Positions 52,812 through 64,000 of a stretch of DNA of 64,000 bases are shown one piece after another. Position numbers and translations under genes: made by a program. Source of the stretch: Convolutriloba macropyga (Eukaryota); NCBI RefSeq assembly GCF_964194025.1, contig NC_134471.1, forward strand, positions 11,284,001 through 11,348,000. Direction: 5' to 3'. Position 1 is the stretch's first letter, and every line of letters begins with the position of its first letter. The notes beneath the pieces were generated by a model. The model did not search any database and was not told the origin of the DNA. It worked only from the letters and a program-made list of their open reading frames with translations.

Positions 52812-53345
52812 ATGTCTCTCGTTGAGTTTGATATTGAGTGCCTGGAGGGGCAAATTATTAAGGCGTTGGGTGTTTTCATGGACGGAATTGTTTTGGGATA
52901 CAGTTTCCTCCCACCCAAAGACTACAAACCTACTTTTCAAGCAAAGTGGAACACTAAAAATTTACATGGGTTTAATTGGAACAGTGGAAAACTGGAATAT
53001 ACTGAGTTGTCATCAATCATTCACCAACATTGTTCACCTACAACTGAATACTTTGCAAAGGGGTTGGAGAAGTGTAATCTCCTCTTAAAATACTTGTGTT
53101 AAGATGTGGAGAATCTAGACGATCTTGGTTGTCCAAAAGTTTCCAAACTTCTCAACAACTTGGATACTGACTGGGATTGTAGCAACTATCCGTATCGACA
53201 CCAAAAAACCTTTCACTGTGCAGAGAAGAAAGCTTATGCATACGGAATTTGGACTCTTGATTTTTTTGATAATGTATTATATTTGATTTCTAATTGTATT
53301 GGTGATCGTTTTGTAATTAATTGTTTTTGTTTTACTACTTTTTAA
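52812..53345 (+). pseudogene. DEDD/DnaQ-like exonuclease-fold ORF of the type associated with Polinton/Maverick elements; one internal stop
   Basis: Two ORFs in the same frame split only by TAA at 53100-53102; motifs FDIECL, LHGFNWNSG, AKGLEK, NLDDLGCP, HCAEKKA. Family link is from recall, not searched. Confidence 0.6.
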
Positions 53346-53644
53346 ATCAGAGAAAAGTCGCACTTGAAGGTCATTTGCTGAGTACAGATTACATGCTTAG
53401 ATAAAAATGCCAAAAATGCACGTTTCAAAATAATAATAGATACCTCTTTTTAAATTGGGAAACAAAAAAAAAGTAAGTTTAAAATGACAATTTTTTCATT
53501 GGTCAGTTGTTTAAATTTGTTAATGTAAAATTTTAAATATTGTTCTCGTTTATACTTAAGTTTCAGTGGCTCCATATTTCGAGGCTTTTTACGATATGTC
53601 AATCATTTGTTCTTTTCCCCTTACTTTATTCAGCTCCCCTTTGA

Positions 53645-53985
53645 TAATGTCAATTTGCAAAGACGTACCTCACAGCTTGATACCCACGCTGTTCACACGG
53701 AGTGGACAAGCAAGATAATCCCTCAATAACAAATTAGGTAGGTCATTGACCCCTTCCCACATTACACTTTACTAATGTCAATTTCCCAAGACGTACTTCA
53801 CAGCATGATGCCTAAGCTATTTACACGAAGGGGATTAACAAGATAGAGACTTAACAGCAAATTAGTTAGGTCATTCACGTTTTCTCATATTACACTTTAC
53901 AAATGTCAGTTTACAAAGACGTACCTCACCGCATGACGTCCAAACCGTTCACACGAAATGGATTAGCAAGATAATCCCTCATTAA
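53645..53985. repeat. Second block (3 more diverged units) of the ~125-bp minisatellite
   Basis: Same core near 53664, 53793, 53920. Confidence 0.9.
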
Positions 53986-55216
53986 CACATTCCAATTCTT
54001 AAGGGAAAAAAGACACACCTATTCTCAAAAATACACATTTATTGGCAACAAACACTCAATTCTTGACACGAAACATCCAATTACTGACAAAAATAGCAAA
54101 AGGTTGAAAAAAATACCAAATTCGTACCAAAAGAACCAATTCTAGCCCGAAAATACCCGTTTCTAGTCCAGAAATATACCATTTTTAGCAAAAAATACAC
54201 AATTCTTATGTTAACAAAAATTCGTAGTTCCTGCCAAAAGAACCCAGGCCTAGCAAAAACTGCGCAGTAATTGCCAAACGAACACTCAAATCTTCCCGAA
54301 AAATACCGATTTTTACCACAAAGTGGAGATATCTTGTCAAAGAACAACCAAACTCCACCCAATTTGTTAGAATTTTTAAAAAATACCCAAATAGAAAACG
54401 AAATAACAAAAATTCGTCAAATATTTATACAAAACATATCATAAATTAGACAATCTTGCCATCATTTGTATTTATCAAATTTCCTCCCGACAATCCATTT
54501 ATTTAGTGACCTGACAAACGTCAACTTTAGACATCGTCTTTTGTGATGATGAGTCTTCTCCGCTGATTGATATAGGTTTTATGAGCACAAACTTGTCACG
54601 AATTATTTACTGTCGTCTAATATTAGTCATAAAATGCATTGAGAAAAAGTGTAGTTCAACTACTTCTTATGATTGCCACAATTGCGGATATCCAGGCATT
54701 GTATGGGCTCATTGAACTAACGTGAACAAAATATAATCCACACTAATGGCAATATGATTTTTCATACTTTATCAAAGCATGTAGAGCTCACGTGATATAA
54801 GTCTTACTCATAGTATCGTAATAATTACGTCACTATTGCGTCATAATGATTTCAGTTTTTATCATACTGTATAAACAAAAGTCCAATTCATTCTGCTTCT
54901 TTTTTCCTTCTGTTCAACAGCTCAACAAAAGCTAGCTTTTATTCTTATCTTGAGACAATTTCTTGCTCCTTCTGTTGCAAAACCAAGTTATCATTTATAA
55001 ACCCTTCAGTGAATATTCGTCATCTCCAGGACCTCTTCCTATTTCCCATTCCACGTAAGTCATTTCTGTTATGAAATATGAAAACAAGCAAGAAAAAACA
55101 AACAAATGGCTATTTTTATCATCGTACTCATTCGCAAATAGCATATTAATTCTTCAGAGAGAAAGATTCACCAATATGGGTAATTTATCCTTAGCTTTAG
55201 TTTTAGTATTTCAACC

Positions 55217-55690
55217 GTGTTCAACCAAAAAAAGGCTGAAATAATGAACATCAAATCTATGAAAGTGAACGAAAATCTCAAAGCCCACATCTTTTTCCCC
55301 GATTTCAATGATGATGTTGCAATTATAAAGGAGAGAAAAACTTGCTACGGCTGGGTAGCTGATCCTCCATTCTCAATTCCGAGGCAGCTCTTGGTCTTCA
55401 TTATTGCTATCGAGAATTTGCCTGAAGTCTCTGTTCCATACAAACAAACAACTGTAGACTCCTACAAAAACCGCTTCGAAAACACAAATTTGCAAGTGTC
55501 AGACAACATGGAACTGAGCAGATCAGTCCGTGAGCGATTCTGTGATTATGAGTTTTCCTATAGACCAATGTATGAAAATCAACTGGGATTTTTTGAGGAG
55601 GAGAGAGAACTTAAATCTCTCTGGTGTGTGTCTGACGAGTATGACAATTTGCAGGAGCAGAGACCTCATCGGGATTGTGACGACTGGTAA
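55217..55690 (+). CDS. Orphan intronless ORF (157 aa), possibly Polinton accessory gene
   Basis: Open frame with protein-like composition lying between two Polinton-type relics; no motif recognised. The first ATG is a few codons in. Confidence 0.35.
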   Translation: MFNQKKAEIMNIKSMKVNENLKAHIFFPDFNDDVAIIKERKTCYGWVADPPFSIPRQLLVFIIAIENLPEVSVPYKQTTVDSYKNRFENTNLQVSDNMELSRSVRERFCDYEFSYRPMYENQLGFFEEERELKSLWCVSDEYDNLQEQRPHRDCDDW

Positions 55691-55742
55691 AATGGGTCAT
55701 TGACAGAGAGTATCATTGCAAGTATAGAGGAAGAGAACGCAA

Positions 55743-56147
55743 TTGAGCTCAAGTTTGGCAGCAAAAATTGCAACAAGGCAGTCCACTTTTTGTTTTTTTT
55801 CTACAGAAACTGGACAAGATACAATGAAAGAAGTACAGGGAGCATCGACTGTTGAAAATACTTCACTCAAGTCTGCCAAAACCATCCTCAGTAAAGTAGT
55901 CGATGAATGTGCAGATAACCAAGATCATATTTATTCGCATGATGCAATTGAAGCAATATCTGAAAAAACATCCCTCAAATGTGAGCATACGGCGTATTGT
56001 ACACAAAAGACAGTCAAGAGAAGGGCTCCTGATGTCAATAACCCTGAGAGAGAGGGAAGTAGAAAGCCAGAAGTTGATGACAAGAAAGAAAAAATGTGTC
56101 CTCCATCGGGCAAATTGAGACGACATACTGAGTTATATGGTAACTAA
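55743..56147 (+). CDS. Orphan ORF (134 aa), hydrophilic; 3' part mirrored at ~63828-64000
   Basis: Open frame only; inverted copy at the window end. Confidence 0.25.
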   Translation: MSSSLAAKIATRQSTFCFFSTETGQDTMKEVQGASTVENTSLKSAKTILSKVVDECADNQDHIYSHDAIEAISEKTSLKCEHTAYCTQKTVKRRAPDVNNPEREGSRKPEVDDKKEKMCPPSGKLRRHTELYGN

Positions 56148-56456
56148 ACTAGCAATATGAGACGTTATTCCTTTTGCAGATTATTTATGTTTGTATTTCC
56201 TGTATGATTTCATATCTGATAGTATTTTTAGTGACGACTGATTGACTTATTAATTTGAAATTTTCTGTTTTACACTCAGAAAAGATGAAGCTCATGTATG
56301 CTTTTGAATTAATACTTTGATACTAATATTTAATTGAGTTTTAAAATGCATTTTCGAAAACAATTTTTATCAATAGTTCAATTTAGAATTTAAATATTTA
56401 TCGAAAAAAGCTTGTTTTGTAATATCTGCTTTTTTTCTCAAAAATGCGGGTTAATA

Positions 56457-57005
56457 GTCGTTGCAGAGACTGTGAAGTTGATTGGAAATAGTTGGGATGC
56501 AAATGATATGGTTATCAGATAATGGACCGTAGTCGACTTACGGACATACGACCACAAAATATCTGTAAGGTTTTCATGTAGATAGATTTATTAACAACAG
56601 TATTTCAAGTCCCTGAATGAGCTGAAAGACCAGATTTTTGAGGCAGAAATGAGCAAGACGCGTATTGCGCATAAAGAACCAATAATTGTTGGGTTCTTTA
56701 TCCTCTTGTACGCCAAAATTACAATGTTGCAACTTAAAAACATTTTCTTATCCTCTTTCTGCGATACAAACAAATATGAGTTGATTGAAATGGATACTGA
56801 GTCTTTACTTGGCACGTAGTGAGGGAAAATTTGACGAATTCAGTTGACCAGAAATACATCAAGTGCGGTACTGGATGATGCAGAGCGATTGCAGTGATAA
56901 TTTCGCAGCAGACTCTAGCAACAGTTGTTTACCACGAATACTATGCCATAATCATGGAACCTTTGATAAGAGAACACCTGGTTTTTCTAAAGAAGAATTT
57001 TCGGT
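56457..57005 (+). pseudogene. polB: Protein-primed family-B DNA polymerase fragment (Polinton/Maverick type), decayed
   Basis: VVAETVKLIGNS..YGYQIMDRSR (motif B KxxxNSxYG), HKEPIIVGFFILLYAKITMLQL, YELIEMDTES (motif C DTDS), DKRTPGFSKEEF; frameshifts and stops. Confidence 0.85.
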
Positions 57006-57119
57006 TAAGCAGTTTTAGATATCGATACATATCATTAAGTATAAAATTTACAAATTTTTTAAGTGGAAAACCATTTCCATTAGTTTTTTTTATTGTTTTG
57101 AAAAAAAGGTTTTACTAAA

Positions 57120-60100
57120 GAAAAATCTTTTTAAAAACGTAATTTTTATGAGGTTTTTAACAAAAAAAATGTAAATTTAGATGTTTTTTATCTATTTTTA
57201 CGTTTTTCAGTTTTTGAAGTTTTTTTAAGTTAATTTTTCAATTCAATTGTTTTTTTTATTAAAAAATGTTGTTTTACTAAAATAATTTGTTTTCAAAAAT
57301 GACGTTTTTTACATAAGGTTTTTAGCCAAAAATGTAAATTTTGTTGTTTTTTATTTTTCTATTTTTACATTTCTCAGTTTTGGATTTTTTTTCATGTAAA
57401 ATTTTCAATTTAATTGTTTTTTTTATTAAAAATGTTGTTCTACTAAAATAATTTTTTTTCAAAAATGTCGTTTTTTACATAAGGTTTTTAACCAAAAATT
57501 TAAATTTTGTTGTTTTTCATTTTTCTATTTTTACATTTTTCAGTTTTGGAAGTTTTTTTCTTGTAAAATTTTCAATTTAATTGTTTTTTTTATTAAAAAA
57601 ATGTTGTTTTACTAAAATAATTTTTTTTCAAAAATGTCGTTTTTTACATAAGGTTTTTAACCAAAAATGTAAATTTTGTTGTTTTTCATTTTTCTATTTT
57701 TACATTTCTCAGTTTTGGATTTTTTTTCATGTAAAATTTTCAATTTAATTGTTTTTTTTATTAAAAATGTTGTTCTACTAAAATAATTTTTTTTCAAAAA
57801 TGTCGTTTTTTACATAAGGTTTTTAACCAAAAATTTAAATTTTGTTGTTTTTCATTTTTCTATTTTTACATTTTTCAGTTTTGGAAGTTTTTTTCTTGTA
57901 AAATTTTCAATTTAATTGTTTTTTTTTTAAAAAAGGTTGTTTTCCTAAAATATATTTTTTTCAAAAATGTAGTTTTTTACATAAGGTTTTTAGCCAAAAA
58001 TGTAAATTTTATTGTTTTTTATTTTTCTATTTTTACATTTCTCAGTTTTGGATTTTTTTCATGTAAAATTTTCAATTTAATTGTTTTTTTTTATTAAAAA
58101 TGTTTTACTAAAATAATTTTCTTTTCAAAAATGTCGTTTTTTACATAAGGTTTTTAACCAAAAATGTAAATTTTGTTGTTTTTCATTTTTCTATTTTTAC
58201 ATTTTTCAGTTTTGGAAGTATTTTCTTGTAAAATTTTCAATTTAATTGTTTTTTTTATTAAACAAATGTTGTTTTACTAAAATAATTTTTTTTCAAAAAT
58301 GTCGTTTTTTACATAAGGTTTTTAACCAACAATTTAAATTTTGTTGTTTTTTCGTTTTTCTATTTTACATTTTTCAGTTTTGGAAGTTTTTTCTTGTGAA
58401 ATTTTCAATCTAATTGTTTTTTATTAAAAAAGGTTGTTTTCCTAAAATATTTTTTTTTCAAAAATGTAGTTTTTTACATAAGGTTTTTAACCAAAAATGT
58501 AAATTTTGTTGTTTTTTCATTTTTCTAATTTTCAGTTTTGGAAGTTTTTTTGTAAAATTTTCAGTTTTGGAAGTTTTTTGTAAAATTTTCAATTTAATTG
58601 TTTTTTTTTATTAAAAAATGTTGTTTTACTAAAACAATTTTTTTTTTCAAAAATGCCGTTTTTTACATAAGGGGTTTATCCAAAAATGTATATTATGTTG
58701 TTTTTTTATTTTTCTATTTTTCCATTTTTCAATTTTTTAAGTTTTTTCATTAACAATGAAAAAAACTTCAAAAGCTGAAAAATGGAAAAATAGAAAAATA
58801 AAAAAAAAACAACAAAATATACATTTTTGGTTAAACCCCTTTTGTAAAAAACGGCATTTTGGAAAAAAAATTGTTTTAGTAAAACAACATTTTTTAATAA
58901 AAAAACAATTAAATTGAAAATTTGTTTTACTAAAATAATTTTTTTTCAAAAATGTCGTTTTTTACATAAGGTTTTTAACCAAAAATTTAAATTTTGTTGT
59001 TTTTTCATTTTTCTATTTTACATTTTTCAGTTTTGGAAGTTTTTTCTTGTAAAATTTTCAATTTAATTGTTTTTTTTAAAAAAAGGTTGTTTTCCTAAAA
59101 TATATTTTTTTCAAAAATGTAGTTTTTTACATAAGGTTTTTAGCCAAAAATGTATATTTTATTGTTTTTTATTTTTCTATTTTTACATTTCTCAGTTTTG
59201 GATTTTTTTCATGTAAAATTTTCAATTTAATTGTTTTTTTTTATTAAAAATGTTTTACTAAAATAATTTTCTTTTCAAAAATGTCGTTTTTTACATAAGG
59301 TTTTTAACCAAAAATGTAAATTTTGTTGTTTTTCATTTTTCTATTTTTACATTTTTCAGTTTTGGAAGTATTTTCTTGTAAAATTTTCAATTTAATTGTT
59401 TTTTTTTATTAAACAAATGTTGTTTTACTAAAATAATTTTTTTTCAAAAATGTCGTTTTTTACATAAGGTTTTTAACCAACAATTTAAATTTTGTTGTTT
59501 TTTCGTTTTTCTATTTTACATTTTTCAGTTTTGGAAGTTTTTTCTTGTGAAATTTTCAATCTAATTGTTTTTTATTAAAAAAGGTTGTTTTCCTAAAATA
59601 TTTTTTTTTCAAAAATGTAGTTTTTTACATAAGGTTTTTAACCAAAAATGTAAATTTTGTTGTTTTTTCATTTTTCTAATTTTCAGTTTTGGAAGTTTTT
59701 TTGTAAAATTTTCAGTTTTGGAAGTTTTTTGTAAAATTTTCAATTTAATTGTTTTTTTTTATTAAAAAATGTTGTTTTACTAAAACAATTTTTTTTTCAA
59801 AAATGCCGTTTTTTACATAAGGGGTTTATCCAAAAATGTATATTATGTTGTTTTTTTATTTTTCTATTTTTCCATTTTTCAATTTTTTGAGTTTTTTCAT
59901 TAACAATGAAAAAAACTTCAAAAGCTGAAAAATGGAAAAATAGAAAAATAAAAAAAAAACAACAAAATATACATTTTTGGTTAAACCCCTTTTGTAAAAA
60001 AACGGCATTTTGGAAAAAAAATTGTTTTAGTAAAACAACATTTTTTAATAAAAAAACAATTAAATTGAAAATTTTACAAGAAAAAACTTCCAAAACTGAA

Positions 60101-62860
60101 AAATGTAAAAATAGAAAAATGAAAAAACAACAAAATTTACATTTTTGGCTAAAAACCTTATGTAAAAAAACTACATTTTTAAAGAAAAAAATTTTAGGAA
60201 AACAACATTTTTTAATAAAAACAATTAAATTGAAATTTTTACAAAAAAACTTCCAAAACTGAAAAATGTAAAAATAGAAAAATGAAAAAACAACAAAATT
60301 TACATTTTTGGTTAAAATTCTTATGTAAAAAAAACTACATTTTTGAAGAAAAATATTTTAGGAAAACAACATTTTTTAATAAAAAACAATTAAATTGAAA
60401 ATTTTACAAAAAACTTCCAAAACTGAAAAATGTAAAAATAGAAAAATGAAAAAACAACAAAATTTACATTTTTGGTTAAAAACCTTATGTAAAAAAACTA
60501 CATTTTTGAAGAAAAATATTTTAGAAAAACAACAATTTTTAATAAAAAACAATTAAATTGAAAATTTTACAAGAAAAAACTTCCAAAACTGAAAAATGTA
60601 CAAATAGAAAAATGAAAAAACAACAAAATTTAAATTTTTGGTTGAAAAACTTATGTAAAAAACGACATTCTTGAAAAAAAAATATTTTAGTAAAACATTT
60701 TTTAATAAAAAAAACAATTAAATTGAAAATTTTACATGAAAAAACTTCCAAAACTGAAAAATGTAAAAATAGAAAAATGAAAAAACAACAAAATTTACAT
60801 TTTTGGTTATAAACCTTATGTAAAAAAAACTACATTTTTGAAGAAAAATATTTTAGGAAAACAACATTTTTTAATAAAAAACAATTACATTGAAGACTTT
60901 ACAAGAAAAAACTTCCAAAACTGAAAAATGTAAACATAGAAAATTGAAAAAACAACAAAAATTAAATTTTTGTTTAAAAACCTTATGTAAAAAACGACAT
61001 TTTTGAAAAAAAAATTATTTTAGTTAAACAACATTTTTTTAACAAAAAAACAATTAAATTGAAGGTTTTACAAGAAAAAACTTCCAAAACTGACAAATGT
61101 AAAAATAGAAAAATTAAAAACAACAAAAATTACATTTTTGGTTAAAAACCTTATGTAAAAAACGACATTTTTGAAAAAAATTATTTTAGAAAAACAACAT
61201 TTTTTAATAAAACAATTAAATTTAAAATTTTACGAGAAAAAACTTCAAAACTGAAAAATGTAAAAATAGAAAAATGAAAAACAACAAAACTTACATTTTT
61301 GGCTAAAAACCTTATGTAAAAAACGTCATTTTTGAAAAAAGGTTATTTTAGTAAAACAACATTTTTTAATAAAAAAACAATTAAATTGAAAATTTTACAA
61401 GAAAAAATCTTCCAAAACTGAAAAATGTAAAAGTAGAAAAATGAAAAACAACAAAATTAACATTTTTGGTTAAAAACCTTATGTAAAAAACGACATTTTT
61501 GAAAAAAATTATTTTAGAAAAACAACATTTTTTAATAAAACAATTAAATTGAAAATTTTACGAGAAAAAACTTCAAAACTGAAAAATGTAAAAATAGAAA
61601 AATGAAAAACAACAAAACTTACATTTTTGGCTAAAAACCTTATGTAAAAAACGTCATTTTTGAAAAAAGGTTATTTTAGTAAAACAACATTTTTTAATAA
61701 AAAAACAATTAAATTGAAAATTTTACAAGAAAAAATCTTCCAAAACTGAAAAATGTAAAAGTAGAAAAATGAAAAACAACAAAATTAACATTTTTGGTTA
61801 AAAACCTTATGTAAAAAACGACATTTTTGAAAAAAATTTATTTTAGTAAAACATCATTTTTTTAATAAAAAAAAACAATTAAATTGAAATTTTTACAAGA
61901 AAAAACTTCCAAAACTGAAAAATGTAAAAATAGAAAAATGAAAAACAACAAAATTTACATTTTTGGTTAAAAACCTTTTGTGAAAAAAAGGACATTTTTG
62001 AAAAAAAGTTATTTTAGTAAAACAACATTTTTTAAATAAAAAAACAATTAAGTTGAAAATTTTACAAAAAAACTTCCAAAACTGAAAAATGTAAAAATAG
62101 AAAAATTGAAAAAACAACAAAAATTAAGTTTTTGGTTAAAAACCTTATTTAAAAAACGACATTTTTGAAAAAAAAATTAAAATTATTTTAGTTAAACAAC
62201 ATTTTTTTAATAAAAAAACAATTAAATTGAAAATTTTACAAAAAAACTTCCAAAACTGAAAAATGTAAAAATAGAAAAATGAAAAACAACAAAATTTACA
62301 TTTTTGGTTAAAAACCTTTTGTAAAAAAAACGAAATTTTTGACAAAAAGTTATTTTAGTAAAACAACATTTTTTTAATAAAAAAACAATTAAATTGACAT
62401 TTTTACAAGAAAAAACTTCCAAAACTGAAAAATGTAAAAATAGAAAAACGAAAAACAACAAAATTTACATTTTTGGTTAAAAACCTTATGTAAAAAACGA
62501 CATTTTTGAGAAAAAATTATTCTAGTAAAACAACATTTTTTTAATAAAAAAACAATTAAATTGAAAATTTTACAAAAAAACTTCCAAAACTGAAAAATGT
62601 AAAAATAGAAAAATGAAAAACAACAAAATTTACATTTTTGGTTAAAAACCTTATGTAAAAAACGTCATTTTGAAAAAAAGTTATTTTAGTAAAAACAACA
62701 TTTTTTAATAAAAAAAACAATTGAATTGAAAATTTAACTTGAAAAAAACTTCAAAAACTGAAAAATGTAAAAATAGATAAAAAAAACATCTAAATTTACA
62801 TTTTTTTTGTTAAAAACCTCATAAAAATTACATTTTTAAAAAGATTTTTCTTTAGTAAAA
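57120..62860. repeat. ~167-bp AT-rich satellite, roughly 34 monomers, inverted about 59903
   Basis: ACATAAGGTT recurs near 57311, 57477, 57646, 57812, 57981, 58143, 58311; T-rich left of the axis and A-rich right of it. Confidence 0.97.
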
Positions 62861-62971
62861 CTTTTTTTTCAAAACAATAAAAAAAACTAATGGAAATGGT
62901 TTTCCACTTAAAAAATTTGTAAATTTCATACTTAATGATATGTATGTATCGATATCTAAAATTTCTTAACC

Positions 62972-63517
62972 GAAAATTCTTCTTTAGAAAAACCAGGTGT
63001 TCTCTTATCAAAGGTTCCATGATTATGGCATAGTATTCGTGGTTAACAACTGTTGCTAGAGTCTGCTGCGAAATTATCACTGCAATCGCTCTGCATCATC
63101 CAGTACCGCACTTGATGTATTTCTGGTCAACTGAATTCGTCAAATTTTCCCTCACTACATGCCAAGTAAAGACACAGTATCCATTTCAATCAACTCATAT
63201 TTGTTTGTATCGCAGAAGGAGGATAAGAAAAAGTTTTTAAGTTGCAACATAGTAATTTTGGCGTACAAGAGGATAAAGAACCCAACAATTATTGGTTCTT
63301 TATGCGCAATACGCGTCTTGCTCATTTCTGCCTCAAAAATCTGGTCTTTCAGCTCATTCAGGGACTTGAAAACCTGTGGTTAATAAATCTATCTACATGA
63401 AAACCTTACAGATATTTTGTGGTCGTATGTTCGTAAGTCGACTACGGTCCATTATCTGATAACCATATCATTTGCATCCCAACTATTTCCAATCAACTTC
63501 ACAGTCTCTGCAACAAC
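62972..63517 (-). pseudogene. polB: Mirror copy of the Polinton-type PolB fragment
   Basis: Reverse complement of 56457-57005 with the same truncation points; motif C reads MDTVS here. Confidence 0.85.
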
Positions 63518-64000
63518 TATTAACCCGAATTTTTGAGAAAAAAAAACAGATATTACAAAACAAGCTTTTTTCGATAAATATTTAAATTCTAAATTGAACT
63601 ATTGATAAAATTTTTTTTCGAAAATGCATTTTAAAACTCAATTAAATATTAGCATCAAAGTATTAATTCAAAAGCATACATGAGCTTCAGCTTTTCTGAG
63701 TGTAAAACAGAATATTTCAAATTAATCAATCAATCAGTCGTCACTAAAAAAACTATCAGATATGAAATCATACAGGAAATACAAATAAAAATAATCTGCA
63801 AAAGGAATAACTTCTCAGATTGCTAGTTTAGTTACCATATAACTCAGTATGTCGTCTCAATTTGCCCGATGGAGGACACCTTTTTTCTTTCTTGTCATCA
63901 ACTTCTGGCTTTCTACTTCCCACTCTCTCAGGGTTATTGACATCAGGAGCCCTTCTCTTGACTGTCTTTTGTGTACAATACGCCGGTTGCTCACATTTGA

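Larger units (their letters stand above)
55975..64000. repeat. Giant palindrome (inverted duplication), axis at 59903, right arm runs off the window
   Basis: The reverse complement of 62730-64000 matches 55975-57240 with scattered substitutions; the satellite switches strand at TTTTTTCATT-AAC-AATGAAAAAA. Confidence 0.95.

Noticed and set aside
51412-53985. CRISPR array next to a nuclease
   Set aside because: Linkers are homologous to each other (two types), unit size is ~125 bp, no cas genes are present, and the context is eukaryotic.
58414-62461. F/K-rich ORFs
   Set aside because: Translations of the AT-rich satellite.
55975-64000. Palindrome as a pure read fold-back or amplification chimera
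   Set aside because: Arms differ by many substitutions and the inner monomers are not exact mirrors. A haplotype mis-join is still not excluded.

Overview
AT-rich eukaryotic (animal-like) genomic DNA with spliceosomal introns; most entries in the ORF track are shadow ORFs or repeat-derived. From left to right: (1) two tandem partial copies of a MAD2-like HORMA gene (435-1173, 4370-5270), separated by a decayed 5'-truncated LINE and several ~155-bp MITEs. (2) A 15.5-kb array of 12 head-to-tail ~1.29-kb units (5617-21103), each the dead 3' half of a CR1-type LINE. (3) A four-exon SLC38/Aa_trans amino-acid transporter on the minus strand. (4) About 10 kb of gene-poor DNA with tRNA-derived SINEs and Helentron/DINE-like elements. 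(5) A two-exon DUF4419 gene head-to-head with a four-exon ANAPC2 gene. (6) A Polinton/Maverick-derived region: a ~125-bp structured repeat array around a DEDD-like ORF, two orphan ORFs, and a palindrome of at least 8 kb (55975 to the window end, axis 59903). Its arms carry a protein-primed PolB relic and its core is a strand-switching ~167-bp satellite. All family assignments come from manual translation and motif recognition; no searches were run.
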